DNA from: Gemmatimonas sp.
Lineage (GTDB): Bacteria > Gemmatimonadota > Gemmatimonadetes > Gemmatimonadales > Gemmatimonadaceae
NCBI GenBank assembly: GCA_965279375.1
Contig: OZ257156.1
Location: 3,872,001-3,936,000, forward strand
Direction: 5' to 3'
Length of the DNA stretch: 64,000 nucleotides
Part shown: positions 8,721 to 21,254 of the stretch, one piece after another
Layout of the letters: the number at the start of each line of letters is the position of its first letter
How positions within the stretch are numbered: the stretch's first letter is position 1
Program-made: the position numbers and the translations under genes
Notes under the pieces: model-generated
Database searches by the model: none
What the model saw: only the letters and a program-made list of their open reading frames with translations
Told to the model about the DNA's origin: nothing

Positions 8721-10141
8721 TGCAGCAGCGCACGACGCTCATTGTCGCGGTGGCACTCCTCGCTGCCGGATGCGAAGGGGCCACACCCGCCTCATCAGGC
8801 GCGCAGTCTCGCACACTCCCGGTTCCGCCCGCTCGCGTGGCTCCCCCCGCGCAAGCGATCGCCAATTCTCGTCGCACCGCCATCACAGCGGCCGTGGAAC
8901 GCGTCGCGCCCGCCGTGGTCACCGTGCAGACGGAAACCGTCGAGCGCGTGCCCGTAGACGTGTTCGAGTATTTCAATGGCGGTCGCTCCGGCGAACGCCG
9001 CAGCGCAGGCATCGGCTCCGGATTCATCATCCGCGATGACGGCGTGATCGTCACCAACGCACACGTCATCGGGGGCGCGAGCAAGGTGTCTGTCGCGATG
9101 CGCGACGGTACGACCTACAGCGCGAAGATCATCGGCGTGGACGAGACGAATGATCTGGCCGTCGTGAAGATCGACATGAAGAAGCTGCCGATCGCGCCAC
9201 TCGGCTCTTCGTCCGACCTGCTCGTTGGCGAGTGGACGATCGCCATCGGCAATCCGTTCGGCTTCGTGCTCGGCAACAGCGAGCCCAGTGTCTCGGTGGG
9301 CGTGGTGAGCGCCGTCGGGCGCAATCTGGCAGGACGCGGGGATGGTGGTGGCGTCTACGTCGACATGATCCAGACCGACGCCGCGATCAATCCGGGCAAC
9401 TCCGGCGGCCCACTGGTGAACGCCTCAGGTGAAGTGATTGGCGTGAACAGCTCGATCTACTCGCCAAGCGGCGGCTCGATCGGTTTGGGCTTCGCGATCC
9501 CGATCGATCGCACCAAGCGGATCGTCGAAGATCTGCTGGAGCATGGCGCGGTGCGTCAGCCGTGGGTGGGCCTACGCTTGCAGGCTCTGCAGGCGCAGAG
9601 TGCGCGTGAGGCGGCGACGGCGCGCGCGGTGGTTGAGCGTGTCGTGCCGGGTTCGCCGGCGTCGAAGGCGGGCGTGCAGCCGGGCGATCAGATCGTGCGT
9701 GCGGGCTCGCGCGCCGTGCGCAACTCCTTCGACTGGGATGCGCGGTTGCTCGATCTGCGCGTGGGCGAATCGCTCCCGATCGTGCTGCGGCGCGGCGGAC
9801 GCGACATCACGACGACGCTCCAAGTAGCCGACGCACCGGAAGTGAGCTCGCGCAAAGTCACCGTGCTGCGCGAACTCGAATTGATCACGTTGACCGACGT
9901 GATTCGCCAGGAGCGCGCCATCGATGCGCGCGCCGGCGCGTTGGTCTACAAGCTGTCCGATCGCATCGTCGAAGAGATCGGCCTGCAGGCGGGCGACGTC
10001 ATCATTCAGGTCGGTCGCACGCGCGTCGCCAGCGCCGAAGAAGCGTCAAAGGCGATCGACAGCAATGGCGCACGCGGCCCGGTCTACATCGTGTTCGAGC
10101 GCAGTCGGCAGTTGCTGCAAACTTCGTTTTCTCTACGCTGA
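8720..10141 (+). CDS. htrA: HtrA/DegP-family serine protease with PDZ domains, probable lipoprotein
   Basis: GSGFI, TNAHV, DLAV, IQTDAAINPGNSGGPL; lipobox-like LAAGC. Confidence 0.93.
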   Translation: MQQRTTLIVAVALLAAGCEGATPASSGAQSRTLPVPPARVAPPAQAIANSRRTAITAAVERVAPAVVTVQTETVERVPVDVFEYFNGGRSGERRSAGIGSGFIIRDDGVIVTNAHVIGGASKVSVAMRDGTTYSAKIIGVDETNDLAVVKIDMKKLPIAPLGSSSDLLVGEWTIAIGNPFGFVLGNSEPSVSVGVVSAVGRNLAGRGDGGGVYVDMIQTDAAINPGNSGGPLVNASGEVIGVNSSIYSPSGGSIGLGFAIPIDRTKRIVEDLLEHGAVRQPWVGLRLQALQAQSAREAATARAVVERVVPGSPASKAGVQPGDQIVRAGSRAVRNSFDWDARLLDLRVGESLPIVLRRGGRDITTTLQVADAPEVSSRKVTVLRELELITLTDVIRQERAIDARAGALVYKLSDRIVEEIGLQAGDVIIQVGRTRVASAEEASKAIDSNGARGPVYIVFERSRQLLQTSFSLR

Positions 10142-10158
10142 TCTCTTTACTGATTCCC

Positions 10159-11598
10159 GTGTCCGCTTCCGATTCCTCGACGTACTCCTCGCCGCTCGCC
10201 GAACGCTATGCGTCGCGCGCCATGCTCACACTCTGGGGCGCGGAAACGCGGTACGGGCTGTGGCGTGAGCTGTGGCTGGCCCTCGCGGAGTCGCAGCGTG
10301 AACTCGGAGTGCCGATCCCCGACGAAGCGATCGACCAGATGCGCGCGCATCAGACGGATATCGACTTCGCCGCCGTGGCCGCGTACGAGAAGACGTTCCG
10401 GCACGATGTCATGGCGCATGTGCACGCCTTCGGTGACGTTGCCCCGGCCGCGCGCCCGTTCATTCACCTCGGCGCGACCAGTTGCTTCGTCACGGACAAC
10501 GCGGAGCTCATTCTCATGCGTCGGGGCCTGGTGCTGCTGCGCGAGAAGCTGCTCGACGCACTGGCCGCACTCGCCACCTTCGCGCGTGAGTGGAAGTCGC
10601 TACCGACGCTCGGCTACACGCACCTGCAGCCCGCACAGCTGACGACGGTGGGCAAGCGTGCGACGTTGTGGATGCAGGACATTCTCCTCGACCTCGACGA
10701 TCTCGAGTTCCGCCTGGCGCAGACGCCGTTTCGCGGTGTGAAGGGGACCACGGGCACGCAGGCGAGTTTTCTCTCGCTGTTTGATGGCGATCATGCCAAG
10801 GTGCGCGAACTCGACCGCCTCGTGACGACGCGCATGGGCTTCGCGCGCTCCATTGCGGTCAGTGGCCAGACGTACACGAGAAAGATCGACGCGCAGATTC
10901 TGGGCGTGGTTGCCGGTATTGCGGCAACGGCCTCCAAGTTCTCCGGCGACATTCGCATGCTGCAGGCCTTCGGCGAGATCGAGGAGCCGTTCGAGTCCAA
11001 GCAGATCGGCTCGTCGGCCATGGCCTACAAGCGCAACCCGATGCGCTCCGAGCGTATCGCGTCACTCGCGCGCTTCGTGCTTTCGCTCGAGCCCAACGCC
11101 AACCAGACGCACGCGGTCCAGTACTTCGAGCGCACCCTCGATGACTCGGCCAATCGTCGTCTCGCCATTCCCGAGTCTTTCCTGGCAACCGACGCGATTC
11201 TCGTGTTGATGCAGAACGTCGTGCGTGGGCTCGAGGTGCACCCGGCGCGAATTCGTCGGCGCGTGGACGACGAGTTGCCGTTCATGGCGACGGAAGAGAT
11301 CATCGTGCGGTTTGTGCGCGCCGGCGGCGATCGCCAGGAAGCGCATGAACTCATTCGCGGACACAGCATCGCCGCCTCGCGTGCCGTGAAGGACGGCGCG
11401 CCGCGCAACGACATGCTCGAGCGTCTCGCCGCCGATCCCGCGTTCGGCATCCCTCTCGAGGATCTGCAGGCAGCCGCCGAACCGTCGCGATTTGTCGGAC
11501 GCGCGCCGCAGCAGGTCGACGATTTCCTCGACGAGGTCGTGGCGCCCTGGCTGGCGCGTGACCGCGGCACCGCTGCGGTCGAAGAGGTGCGCGTATGA
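10159..11598 (+). CDS. purB: Adenylosuccinate lyase
   Basis: [31 protein letters not shown]. Confidence 0.97.
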   Translation: MSASDSSTYSSPLAERYASRAMLTLWGAETRYGLWRELWLALAESQRELGVPIPDEAIDQMRAHQTDIDFAAVAAYEKTFRHDVMAHVHAFGDVAPAARPFIHLGATSCFVTDNAELILMRRGLVLLREKLLDALAALATFAREWKSLPTLGYTHLQPAQLTTVGKRATLWMQDILLDLDDLEFRLAQTPFRGVKGTTGTQASFLSLFDGDHAKVRELDRLVTTRMGFARSIAVSGQTYTRKIDAQILGVVAGIAATASKFSGDIRMLQAFGEIEEPFESKQIGSSAMAYKRNPMRSERIASLARFVLSLEPNANQTHAVQYFERTLDDSANRRLAIPESFLATDAILVLMQNVVRGLEVHPARIRRRVDDELPFMATEEIIVRFVRAGGDRQEAHELIRGHSIAASRAVKDGAPRNDMLERLAADPAFGIPLEDLQAAAEPSRFVGRAPQQVDDFLDEVVAPWLARDRGTAAVEEVRV

Positions 11599-12548
11599 GC
11601 GTGAACGCTGCGGCGCTGACGTCGACGGCCCTTCCCTTGCCGCTACTTCGTCGCGGCAAGGTGCGTGACGTCTACATCGTTGATGATGACCGCCTGTTGC
11701 TGGTGACGACGGATCGCATCAGTGCGTTCGACGTGGTGATGAACGAGGCCATTCCGTACAAGGGCGCCGTGCTCACCCAGCTCACCGCATGGTGGTTGTC
11801 GCAGTTGGCTGGCACGGTGGAACATCATCTCATCTCCGCCGAAACCGATGAGATCATCGCGGCAGTGCCGTCGCTCGCGCCGTATCGCGATGCGCTGGCG
11901 GGTCGGGCGATGCTCTGCGTTCGTGCCGACGTCGTTCCCATCGAATGCGTGATTCGCGGCTACATCACCGGCTCGGCCTGGAAGGAATACGCGACGTCGG
12001 GCACGTTGGCCGGCGAGCAGCTCGCGCAGGGTTTGCGCGAAAGCGATCGCCTCGATCCGCCGATTTTCAGCCCCGCGACCAAAGCCGAGACCGGACACGA
12101 CGAGAACATCACGATTGCGAGTGTGATTCAGAGCGTGGGCGCTGATGTCGCCGCGCAGCTCGAACGCTTCGCTCGCGATGTGTACGAGTTCGGTCGTGCG
12201 ACGGCGGCACCGCGCGGCATCATCGTGGCCGATACAAAGTTTGAATTCGGTTGGCGCAACGGTCGCTTGCTGCTCATCGACGAAGTGTTGACGCCGGACA
12301 GCTCGCGTTTCTGGCCGGCAGCGGAGTATGCGCCGGGCCGTGGCCAGCCGAGCTTCGATAAGCAGCCGTTGCGAGACTGGCTGGACGTGGAACGCCGCGC
12401 CGGTCGCTGGAATGGAGACGCGCCGCCGCCGACGTTGCCGCCGGAAGTGATCGCAGCCACCAGCCTGCGCTACCGGGATGCATTCCTTCGACTGACCGGT
12501 TCGCCGCTCGACCTCGCCCGACTGGGTCTCCCGGTGGAGCGCGCATGA
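11595..12548 (+). CDS. purC: SAICAR synthetase
   Basis: [39 protein letters not shown]. Confidence 0.97.
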   Translation: MSVNAAALTSTALPLPLLRRGKVRDVYIVDDDRLLLVTTDRISAFDVVMNEAIPYKGAVLTQLTAWWLSQLAGTVEHHLISAETDEIIAAVPSLAPYRDALAGRAMLCVRADVVPIECVIRGYITGSAWKEYATSGTLAGEQLAQGLRESDRLDPPIFSPATKAETGHDENITIASVIQSVGADVAAQLERFARDVYEFGRATAAPRGIIVADTKFEFGWRNGRLLLIDEVLTPDSSRFWPAAEYAPGRGQPSFDKQPLRDWLDVERRAGRWNGDAPPPTLPPEVIAATSLRYRDAFLRLTGSPLDLARLGLPVERA

Positions 12549-12733
12549 CATTCGCCCGCGAAGGCTTCGCGTACATGATTGGTTCCGCAGCGATTGCGGC
12601 GCTGATGTTCGCAGCGGCCCTTCGCTTTCGGTCGTGGCCGCTCTGGCTCACGGCGTTGGCTCTGACAGTTGTCTCGTTGGCCGTCGCGTGGTGCTATCGC
12701 GTGCCGGTGATCGAGCGCCTTCCGGTGGCGTGA
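12545..12733 (+). pseudogene. 62-aa membrane peptide resembling the N-terminus of phosphatidylserine decarboxylase (truncated psd-like)
   Basis: MTFAREG start, two hydrophobic helices, CYRVP where Psd has FFRDP; directly upstream of pssA; no catalytic domain. Confidence 0.55.
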
Positions 12734-13644
12734 TGGCGGACCTCCTCGAACGTCCACGTCGATTGCGTCCGCGCGCAGCGATCGCCCTGCCGAATGGATT
12801 CACGCTCGCGAATCTCTTCTTCGGCATCTTTGCCATCGTGGCGGCCTCACGCGGCGAGTTCGACGCGGCGGCGCGCTACATCGTGTTCGGCGGTATCGCT
12901 GACACGCTCGATGGTCGCATTGCGCGCGCCACGAACTCCGGCACCAAGTTCGGCTCCGAGTTGGACTCGCTCGTCGACGCGATCTCCTTCGGCACGGCGC
13001 CGGCGTTGATCATGTACTTCGTCGTGCTCAACAAGACCGGCTGGGACTGGATCTTCTGCTTCTTCTTCACGGCGTGCGCGGTCATGCGCCTGGCGCGCTT
13101 CAACGTGGAGCAGGCCGGCCGGAAGGTCACGCACTTCACTGGTCTGCCGAGTCCCGCGGCCGGCGGTACACTGGCTACGTACTTCTGGTTCAGCCAGACC
13201 AAGCTCTACACCGACACGATCATCGGAGATCTGCCGTGGCATCAGATGCTACGGTGGCTCATGCTCGGCTTGGGCATGTTGATGATCAGCAACGTGCAGT
13301 ACGCGAAGGTACCGCAGGTCGGCTTTCGCACGTTGCGCGGACTGCTCGGACTGCTGCTCGTCATCGCGACGTTCGCGGGCATCATCTTCCTGCCCAAGCA
13401 GTTCTTCTTTTTGGCTGGTATGTCATACGTGCTGTATGGCATTGGCCGCACCGTGTTCCTCGGTCTGCTGGAACGCTTGCCGGTCGTGCGGGACGACCAT
13501 CACGATGACCACTCAGACGATTCCGACCAGCATCCGCTGACGCCTGAGGAAGAAGCGGAATCACAGCGACAGCGGCGTCGGCGCCGTCGTCAATCACGAA
13601 ACAATCCGGGCCGCACGCGCGGCCGCGAGGATCCCTTGGCATGA
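12733..13644 (+). CDS. pssA: CDP-diacylglycerol--serine O-phosphatidyltransferase
   Basis: LPNGFT, DTLDGRIAR...G.ELDSLVDAISFG.AP, RLARFN, FTGLPSP. Confidence 0.93.
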   Translation: MADLLERPRRLRPRAAIALPNGFTLANLFFGIFAIVAASRGEFDAAARYIVFGGIADTLDGRIARATNSGTKFGSELDSLVDAISFGTAPALIMYFVVLNKTGWDWIFCFFFTACAVMRLARFNVEQAGRKVTHFTGLPSPAAGGTLATYFWFSQTKLYTDTIIGDLPWHQMLRWLMLGLGMLMISNVQYAKVPQVGFRTLRGLLGLLLVIATFAGIIFLPKQFFFLAGMSYVLYGIGRTVFLGLLERLPVVRDDHHDDHSDDSDQHPLTPEEEAESQRQRRRRRRQSRNNPGRTRGREDPLA

Positions 13645-13894
13645 CCCGTTATCGCCTGTCGGTCCACATCGTGCCGCGCCGCGGCATTCTCGATCCCCAG
13701 GGCAAGGCCGTGTCGGATGCACTGCATTCACTCGGCTTTGCGCACGTTGGTGACGTGCGCGTGGGTCGCTATCTGATTCTCGATACCGAAGCGGAGAGCG
13801 CGGATGCGGCACGCGCAGCGGCGCGTACCATGTGCGAGAAGCTGCTCGCGAATCCCGTCACCGAAGATTTCGAAATCGCAGCGGTGGAGCAGGC

Positions 13895-13898
<4 letters not shown>
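13641..13898 (+). CDS. purS: FGAM synthase subunit PurS
   Basis: ILDPQGKAV, MCEKLLANPVTEDF. Confidence 0.95.
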
Positions 13899-14595
<697 letters not shown>

Positions 14596-14599
<4 letters not shown>

Positions 14600-16905
14600 G
14601 TACCGTGCTTCCCCGCGCCGGCGATCCAGCGATCACGCCTGCGCTCGTCGCCGAACATGGCATCACGCCACTCGAGTACGAGCGCTTGGTCAACATGCTT
14701 GGCCGTACGCCGACGTTTACCGAAATCGGCGTCGTGAGCGCGCTCTGGAGCGAGCACTGCTCGTACAAGCACTCGCGCCCGTTGCTCAAGACGCTGCCCA
14801 CCAAGGCGCCGTGGGTGCTGCAGGGTCCTGGTGAGAACGCCGGTGTCATCTCGGTTGGTGACGGGCTCGCAGTCGCGTTCAAGATCGAATCGCACAATCA
14901 CCCGTCTGCTGTCGAACCGTATCAGGGTGCGGCAACGGGCGTCGGAGGCATTCTCCGCGACGTCTTTACCATGGGCGCGCGTCCGATCGCACTGCTCAAC
15001 TCGCTCCGCTTCGGCCCGCTTACCAGCCCGCGCGTGCGCTGGCTCTTTGCCGGTGTGGTGAAAGGCATCGGCGACTACGGCAACTGCATCGGCGTACCGA
15101 CGGTTGGCGGCGAAGTGGTGTTCGATCCCTCGTACGAAGGCAACCCGTTGGTCAACGCGATGTGCGTTGGCCTCATGCGCGAGGACGAACTCATTCGCGC
15201 CGTCGCATCGGGTGTGGGCAATCCGATCATGGCCGTCGGTGCACGCACGGGTCGCGACGGAATTCACGGCGCGTCGTTTGCCAGCGAAGATCTGTCGGAA
15301 GAGAGCGAGGCCAAGCGACCGATGGTGCAGGTCGGCGATCCGTTCACGGAAAAGCTGCTCCTCGAAGCCTCGCTCGAACTCATTCGAAGCGGCAGCATCG
15401 TTGCCATTCAGGACATGGGCGCGGCTGGCCTCACATCCTCATCGGCGGAAATGGCCGAGCGTGGCGACGTGGGCGTGACGATCGATGTCACCAAGGTGCC
15501 GGTGCGCGAAACGGGGATGACACCCTACGAAATCCTGCTGTCCGAGTCGCAGGAGCGCATGCTCGTCGTGGCCAAGCAGGGTCACGAGGACGCGGTGCGG
15601 GCCATTCTGGCCAAGTGGGATCTCGAAGCTGCCGTGATCGGCGAAGTGATCGCGGAGCCGGTCTATCGTGTGACCGAGGGCGATACAGTTGTCGCCGAGT
15701 TCCCGGGCTCGCGCCTCGTCACGGAATGCCCCCAGTACACGATCGACGGCAAGGAGAGCGAAGCGCTTCGCTCGGCGCGCCACGTCGATCCGCTTGGGGT
15801 CGCTCCGCTGCCGGAAGAGCGTGACCATTCGTGGACCCTCGAGCGGTTGCTTTCGTCGCCGACGATCGCCAGCAAGGCGTGGGTGTGGCGTCAGTACGAT
15901 TCAACCGTGCGTACGAGCACTGTACGCGGCCCTGGCAGCGATGCCGCGGTGGTACGTCTGCGTGGCACTGACAAGGCGCTCGCGTTGTGCATCGACGGCA
16001 ACGGCCGCCACGTTGCGCTGTCGCCGCGCAACGGCGGACGCGCTGCGGTGTGCGAGGCAGCGCGCAATGTCGCGTGCGCCGGCGCACGTCCGATGGCGAT
16101 CACGAACAACCTCAACTTCGGCAATCCCAAGAAGCCCGAGGTGTATTTCCAGCTCAGCGAAGCGATCGCAGGCATGGGAGAGGCATGCACGATTCTCGAA
16201 ACGCCGGTGACCGGCGGCAACGTGTCGTTGTACAACGAGAATCCGCAGGGCGCGATTCATCCGACGCCCACCATCGGCATGGTCGGTTTGATCGAGTCGC
16301 TCGCACACGTCACGCCGTCCGCGTTCCAGCAGGCGGGCGACGAGATCGTGTTGCTCGGCGAGCCGACGTCGGAGTTGGGCGCGAGCGAATACCTGCAGAC
16401 GATTCATGGACTCACCATCGGCGAGCCGCCGCGTTGTGATCCGGCATCGGAACGTCGTCTCATCGACGCGTTGCTCGACTCCATCAAGGCAGGCGTCGTG
16501 CGCTCGGCGCATGATTGCAGTGACGGCGGCCTGGCCATCGCGCTTGCGGAATGCGCCATGCTCGACCGCACCGCCCCACTCGGCTTCACCGTCGATCTCT
16601 CTGCGTGGGCGACGCTGCCGCACCGTGCGCTGCTCTTCGGTGAAGCGCATGGCCGCGTCGTTGTCTCGACGAAGAATGCTGCCGATGTCATGCGCATTGC
16701 GACCAAGCACGGCGTACCGGCTCGCGTTATCGGCACGGTCACCGACGCCGCTGAGGGCGCTCGCTTCACCATCTCCGACGACGTCTTCGCTGCGCCAATC
16801 GAGTGGCTGGCGGCGGCGTTTCACAACGCCATCGGAACTGTCATGGACGGCGAGACTCCCGCCGAACATGCGGTAGCTGCTGCACACGTACCTTCCAACG
16901 ACTGA
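14596..16905 (+). CDS. purL: FGAM synthase subunit PurL
   Basis: [32 protein letters not shown]. Confidence 0.97.
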
Positions 16906-16920
16906 CCTGGAGTCCTCCAC

Positions 16921-18324
16921 ATGTGTGGCATATTCGGCGTATACGGACATCACGATGCGGCTGCGCTCACGCAGCTCGGCTTGTATTCGTTGCAGCATCG
17001 CGGTCAGGAGTCTGCCGGCATCGTCGCCGTTGATGAGGCGGGACATGCGCGCATCAGTCGTGCGATGGGGCTCGTATCCGAGGGATTCGGCGACGAGGAA
17101 ATGGAGCAGCTACGCGGCTCCATCGGCGTTGGCCATACGCGTTACAGCACCGCCGGTGGTTCGGCGATCGAGAACGCGCAGCCGATCCTGGCGCGCGTAC
17201 GCCGCGGGCACATCGCGCTCGCGCACAACGGCAACCTGACCAACGCCGTCGAACTGCGTCGCGAACTCGAGGATGACGGTTCCATTTTCGCGTCCACGAT
17301 GGACTCGGAAGTCATCGTGCATCGCATCGCGCGCGCGCAGGCCGCGACACCCGAACTGCGCGTCGCCGAAGCGCTGGCGGGTGTGGAAGGCGCCTACTGC
17401 CTGCTCGTCGTCATCGACGATACGGTGATCGTCGCGCGCGACCCGCATGGATGGCGGCCGCTCGTGATGGGCAAGCTCGGTGATGCGTGGGTATTTGCGT
17501 CCGAGACGTGCGCGCTTGACATCGTCGGGGCTACCATCGAACGCGAAGTGGAGCCGGGCGAGATCATCGCGGTGGATGCGCACGGCCTGCGCTCGGTGCA
17601 GGGATTCGCGTCGAAGCCGATTCATCGTTGCGTGTTCGAGCACGTCTACTTTGCGCGCCCCGACAGCAAGGTATTCAACGGTTCGGTGGACAAGTCGCGT
17701 CGCGCGTTAGGCCGTCGCCTCGCGATCGAATGCCCTGCTCCCGGCGCTGAAGTCGTTTTCGCTGTGCCCGATTCGTCCAACTCGGCGGCGCTCGGCTTTT
17801 CCGATCAGTCGGGCATTCCGTACGAACTCGCGCTGATTCGCAATCACTACATCGGCCGCACATTCATTCAGCCGACGCAGGCCGGACGCGATGCGAAGGT
17901 GAAGGTGAAGTACAACCCGGTACGCGAATTGCTCGAGGGCAAGAGCGTGGTGATGGTGGATGACTCGATCGTGCGTGGTACCACCACGCGCGGCCTCGTG
18001 TCCATCGTCCGTGCCGCTGGTGCGCGCGAAGTGCACATGCGCGTGAGCAGCGCACCGATCATCAGCCCGTGCTACTATGGCATCGATACCCCGCGCCGGG
18101 AGGAGCTCATCGCCGCGACCATGACCCACGATGAGCTCGTTCGTCATCTGGGCGTCGACTCATTGGGCTACCTTTCGCTCGATGGTATGCTCGAAGCAAT
18201 GCCGCAGGGGCCGGGTGGCTATTGCCACGCCTGTTTCTCCGGCCGCTATCCCACCGCTATTCCCTCCGAACCAGAGTTGTTGCGCGCTGGCAGTGAAGCC
18301 GCAATTCCCGCTGGTATTGCCTGA
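16921..18324 (+). CDS. purF: Amidophosphoribosyltransferase
   Basis: MCGIFG, QHRGQE, GHTRYST, VDDSIVRGTT, Fe-S cysteines. Confidence 0.98.
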   Translation: MCGIFGVYGHHDAAALTQLGLYSLQHRGQESAGIVAVDEAGHARISRAMGLVSEGFGDEEMEQLRGSIGVGHTRYSTAGGSAIENAQPILARVRRGHIALAHNGNLTNAVELRRELEDDGSIFASTMDSEVIVHRIARAQAATPELRVAEALAGVEGAYCLLVVIDDTVIVARDPHGWRPLVMGKLGDAWVFASETCALDIVGATIEREVEPGEIIAVDAHGLRSVQGFASKPIHRCVFEHVYFARPDSKVFNGSVDKSRRALGRRLAIECPAPGAEVVFAVPDSSNSAALGFSDQSGIPYELALIRNHYIGRTFIQPTQAGRDAKVKVKYNPVRELLEGKSVVMVDDSIVRGTTTRGLVSIVRAAGAREVHMRVSSAPIISPCYYGIDTPRREELIAATMTHDELVRHLGVDSLGYLSLDGMLEAMPQGPGGYCHACFSGRYPTAIPSEPELLRAGSEAAIPAGIA

Positions 18325-18341
18325 CATCAAGGAGAACCTTT

Positions 18342-21008
18342 GTGATTCGTTCCGTCTATTCGTTCGGGAACGGCAGGGCTGACGGTACGCGGGTCATGAA
18401 GGCGGAGTTGGGCGGCAAGGGTGCGAATCTCGCTGAGATGACGAATCTCGGCGTACCCGTGCCGCCAGGCTTCACGATTACGACGGCAGTGTGCGTCGAG
18501 TATCTCGATGGCGGGACAATTCCGGCGCATGTCCGCGACGAAGTCGCCGTGGCGCTGGTACAACTCGAAACCGCGAGCGGAAAGCGCTTCGGCGAGGCGT
18601 CCAACCCCCTGCTCGTTTCCGTGCGCTCCGGTGCGGCAGTCTCGATGCCCGGCATGATGGAAACGATCCTCAACCTTGGTCTCAACGACGAGACCGTTGA
18701 GGGACTGGCCGCCGCCAGCGCGAACCCTCGGTTCGCCTTCGATTCGTATCGCCGCTTCTTGCAGATGTACGCCGACGTCGTGCTGGGCGTGCCCCTGCAC
18801 TCCTTCGAGCAGCTGTTGGGCTCCAAGAAGATGCTCAACGGTGTCACGAGCGACGCCGAGCTCCCCGCGGATGCATTGCGCACGCTCGTTGCCGAATACA
18901 AGCAGCTGATTCGCCACGTCACCGGCGCCGATTTCCCGATGGATCCGCGCGAGCAGCTCTGGGGTGCGATCGAAGCGGTGTGGCGCTCGTGGACGCTCAA
19001 GAAGGCGATCGACTATCGGCGCGTCAACGGCATTCCGCACAACCTCGGCACCGCGGTCAACATCGTGTCGATGGTGTTCGGCAATATGGGCGATGACTCG
19101 GGAACCGGCGTTGCGTTCACGCGCGATCCGTCCACCGGCGAGCGCAAGTTCTACGGCGAGTTCCTAGTGAACGCGCAGGGCGAAGACGTCGTCGCCGGCA
19201 TTCGCACGCCGCTGCACATCGACGAGATGGCGCAGCATCTTCCGGCCGCGTACGCACAGCTGTTGGAGACGCAGGATCGTTTGGAGCGCCACTTCCGCGA
19301 CATGCAGGACATCGAGTTCACCGTCGAACGTGGCACGCTGTACCTGCTGCAGACGCGCACGGGCAAGCGCACCACCGCGGCTGCTCTGCGCATCGCGACG
19401 GACATGGTCGAAGAAGGACTGATCGATCAGCGCGATGCCGTGCGCCGTCTCGAACCGTCGCAGCTGGATCAATTGCTGCATCGCGTCATTAGCCCGACGG
19501 TGCGCGCGGAAGCGATCGCCACGGGTCTGCCCGCTAGTCCGGGTGCAGCGAGCGGTATCGCCGTGTTCGATCCTGACGCAGCCGAACAGCGCGCGGCCAA
19601 GGGCGAGCTGGTGATTCTGGTGCGCGATGAAACAACGCCTGAAGACTTTCACGGCATGGTGGCGGCGCGCGCAATTCTCACGGCGCGCGGCGGCATGACC
19701 AGTCACGCGGCCGTCGTGGCGCGCGGCATGGGCAAGTGCGCGGTCGTGGGCTGCACCGCCGCCGAGATCTCGCACGAGAGTCGCCGGATGACCGTCGGGA
19801 ATGTCGTCGTGAACGAAGGTGACTGGATCACGCTCGACGGCTCGACGGGACGTGTCTTCCTCGGCGAACTGCCGATGGTGCCGAGTGAGGTGATGCGCGT
19901 GACATCGGGCCAGCTGAATGAGCGTGAGGCGCCGGTGTATCAGGCGTTCTCCCGCTTGATGGGCTGGTCGGACGAGTATCGTCGACTGCGCGTTCGCGCG
20001 AATGCCGACACACCGCGTGACGCTCGCGTGGCGCGCAACTTTGGTGCGGAAGGCATTGGCCTGTGTCGCACCGAGCACATGTTCTTCGAAGGCGAACGTA
20101 TTCTCGCGATGCGAGAGATGATCGTCGCGCGCGACTTGCATGGTCGGCGGCGCGCGCTTGAGAAGTTGCTCCCGATGCAGCGTAGCGATTTTGAAGGGAT
20201 CTTCGAAGCGATGGACGGACTGCCGGTGACGATTCGCCTGCTCGATCCGCCGCTGCACGAATTCCTGCCGCATGGTGGTGAAGAGTCGACGATGCTCGCC
20301 AAGACGCTGGGGCTCACGCGAGTCGAGCTGGGGCGCATCGTGGAGAGTCTGCGCGAGACGAATCCGATGCTCGGCCATCGCGGATGCCGGCTCGGTATCG
20401 TGTATCCCGAAATCACCGAGATGCAGGCGCGCGCCATCTTCGAGGCAGCGGTCAAGGCCACACGCCGCGGCATCGAGGTGACTCCCGAGATCATGGTGCC
20501 GCTAGTTTCCGACGTGGCCGAGTTGCGCCATCAGCGCGCGGTCATCGAGAGTGCCGCCGAACAGGTCATGGGTGCGATGGGCGAGCACGTGCCGTATCTC
20601 ATCGGCACGATGATCGAGTTGCCACGCGCAGCACTGACTGCCGATGAGATCGCCACCGAAGCGGAGTTTTTCTCGTTCGGCACCAACGATCTCACGCAAA
20701 CGACGTTCGGCCTCAGCCGGGACGACGCTGGACGCTTCCTGCCCCAGTATCTGGAGCGCGGCATCCTACACTCCGATCCGTTCCAAGTGTTGGATGCCAA
20801 GGGCGTCGGCAAGCTCATCCAGTGGGCCGTGCGTGACGGCCGCGAGACGCGTCCAAAGTTGAAGGTGGGCATCTGTGGCGAACACGGCGGCGAACCGCAG
20901 TCGGTAGCGTTCTGCCATCGTGCGGGATTGGACTACGTGTCTTGCTCGCCGTATCGGGTACCGGTGGCGCGACTCGCTGCGGCCCAGGCAGCGCTCGCCG
21001 ACGCGTAG
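18342..21008 (+). CDS. ppdK: Pyruvate, phosphate dikinase
   Basis: LGGKGANL, SVRSGA, GGMTSHAAVVARG, GLCRTEHMF, GTNDLTQ, ICGEHGG. Confidence 0.98.
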   Translation: MIRSVYSFGNGRADGTRVMKAELGGKGANLAEMTNLGVPVPPGFTITTAVCVEYLDGGTIPAHVRDEVAVALVQLETASGKRFGEASNPLLVSVRSGAAVSMPGMMETILNLGLNDETVEGLAAASANPRFAFDSYRRFLQMYADVVLGVPLHSFEQLLGSKKMLNGVTSDAELPADALRTLVAEYKQLIRHVTGADFPMDPREQLWGAIEAVWRSWTLKKAIDYRRVNGIPHNLGTAVNIVSMVFGNMGDDSGTGVAFTRDPSTGERKFYGEFLVNAQGEDVVAGIRTPLHIDEMAQHLPAAYAQLLETQDRLERHFRDMQDIEFTVERGTLYLLQTRTGKRTTAAALRIATDMVEEGLIDQRDAVRRLEPSQLDQLLHRVISPTVRAEAIATGLPASPGAASGIAVFDPDAAEQRAAKGELVILVRDETTPEDFHGMVAARAILTARGGMTSHAAVVARGMGKCAVVGCTAAEISHESRRMTVGNVVVNEGDWITLDGSTGRVFLGELPMVPSEVMRVTSGQLNEREAPVYQAFSRLMGWSDEYRRLRVRANADTPRDARVARNFGAEGIGLCRTEHMFFEGERILAMREMIVARDLHGRRRALEKLLPMQRSDFEGIFEAMDGLPVTIRLLDPPLHEFLPHGGEESTMLAKTLGLTRVELGRIVESLRETNPMLGHRGCRLGIVYPEITEMQARAIFEAAVKATRRGIEVTPEIMVPLVSDVAELRHQRAVIESAAEQVMGAMGEHVPYLIGTMIELPRAALTADEIATEAEFFSFGTNDLTQTTFGLSRDDAGRFLPQYLERGILHSDPFQVLDAKGVGKLIQWAVRDGRETRPKLKVGICGEHGGEPQSVAFCHRAGLDYVSCSPYRVPVARLAAAQAALADA

Positions 21009-21136
21009 TCGTAGACGTTCGAGATGTAGTTCCGCGCGCTGGTCGCGACTGTGCTCGCTCGGCCGGCTCAGTTCGATGCTCCGATCTCCGACGAAAACTG
21101 TTCTGATTCTCCAGATCGATGGCGCAGTGGAGCAAC

Positions 21137-21171
21137 CGGCGATGCGATGCATGCATCGCCGTTGTTGTTGT
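21137..21171 (+). terminator. Possible terminator downstream of ppdK
   Basis: cggcgatgc-gatgcat-gcatcgccg hairpin followed by ttgttgttgt. Confidence 0.35.
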
Positions 21172-21254
21172 ATCGCTGCCACAGAGACCACGTATATTCG
21201 TTCATTCCCATGAAATGAATAGTTACGGAGTAGCGGCCTCCCACTTGCACGTCC

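Noticed and set aside
21009..21254. Possible att duplication of the tmRNA 3' end bounding an island
   Set aside because: No copy of the ssrA 3' sequence and no integrase was seen.
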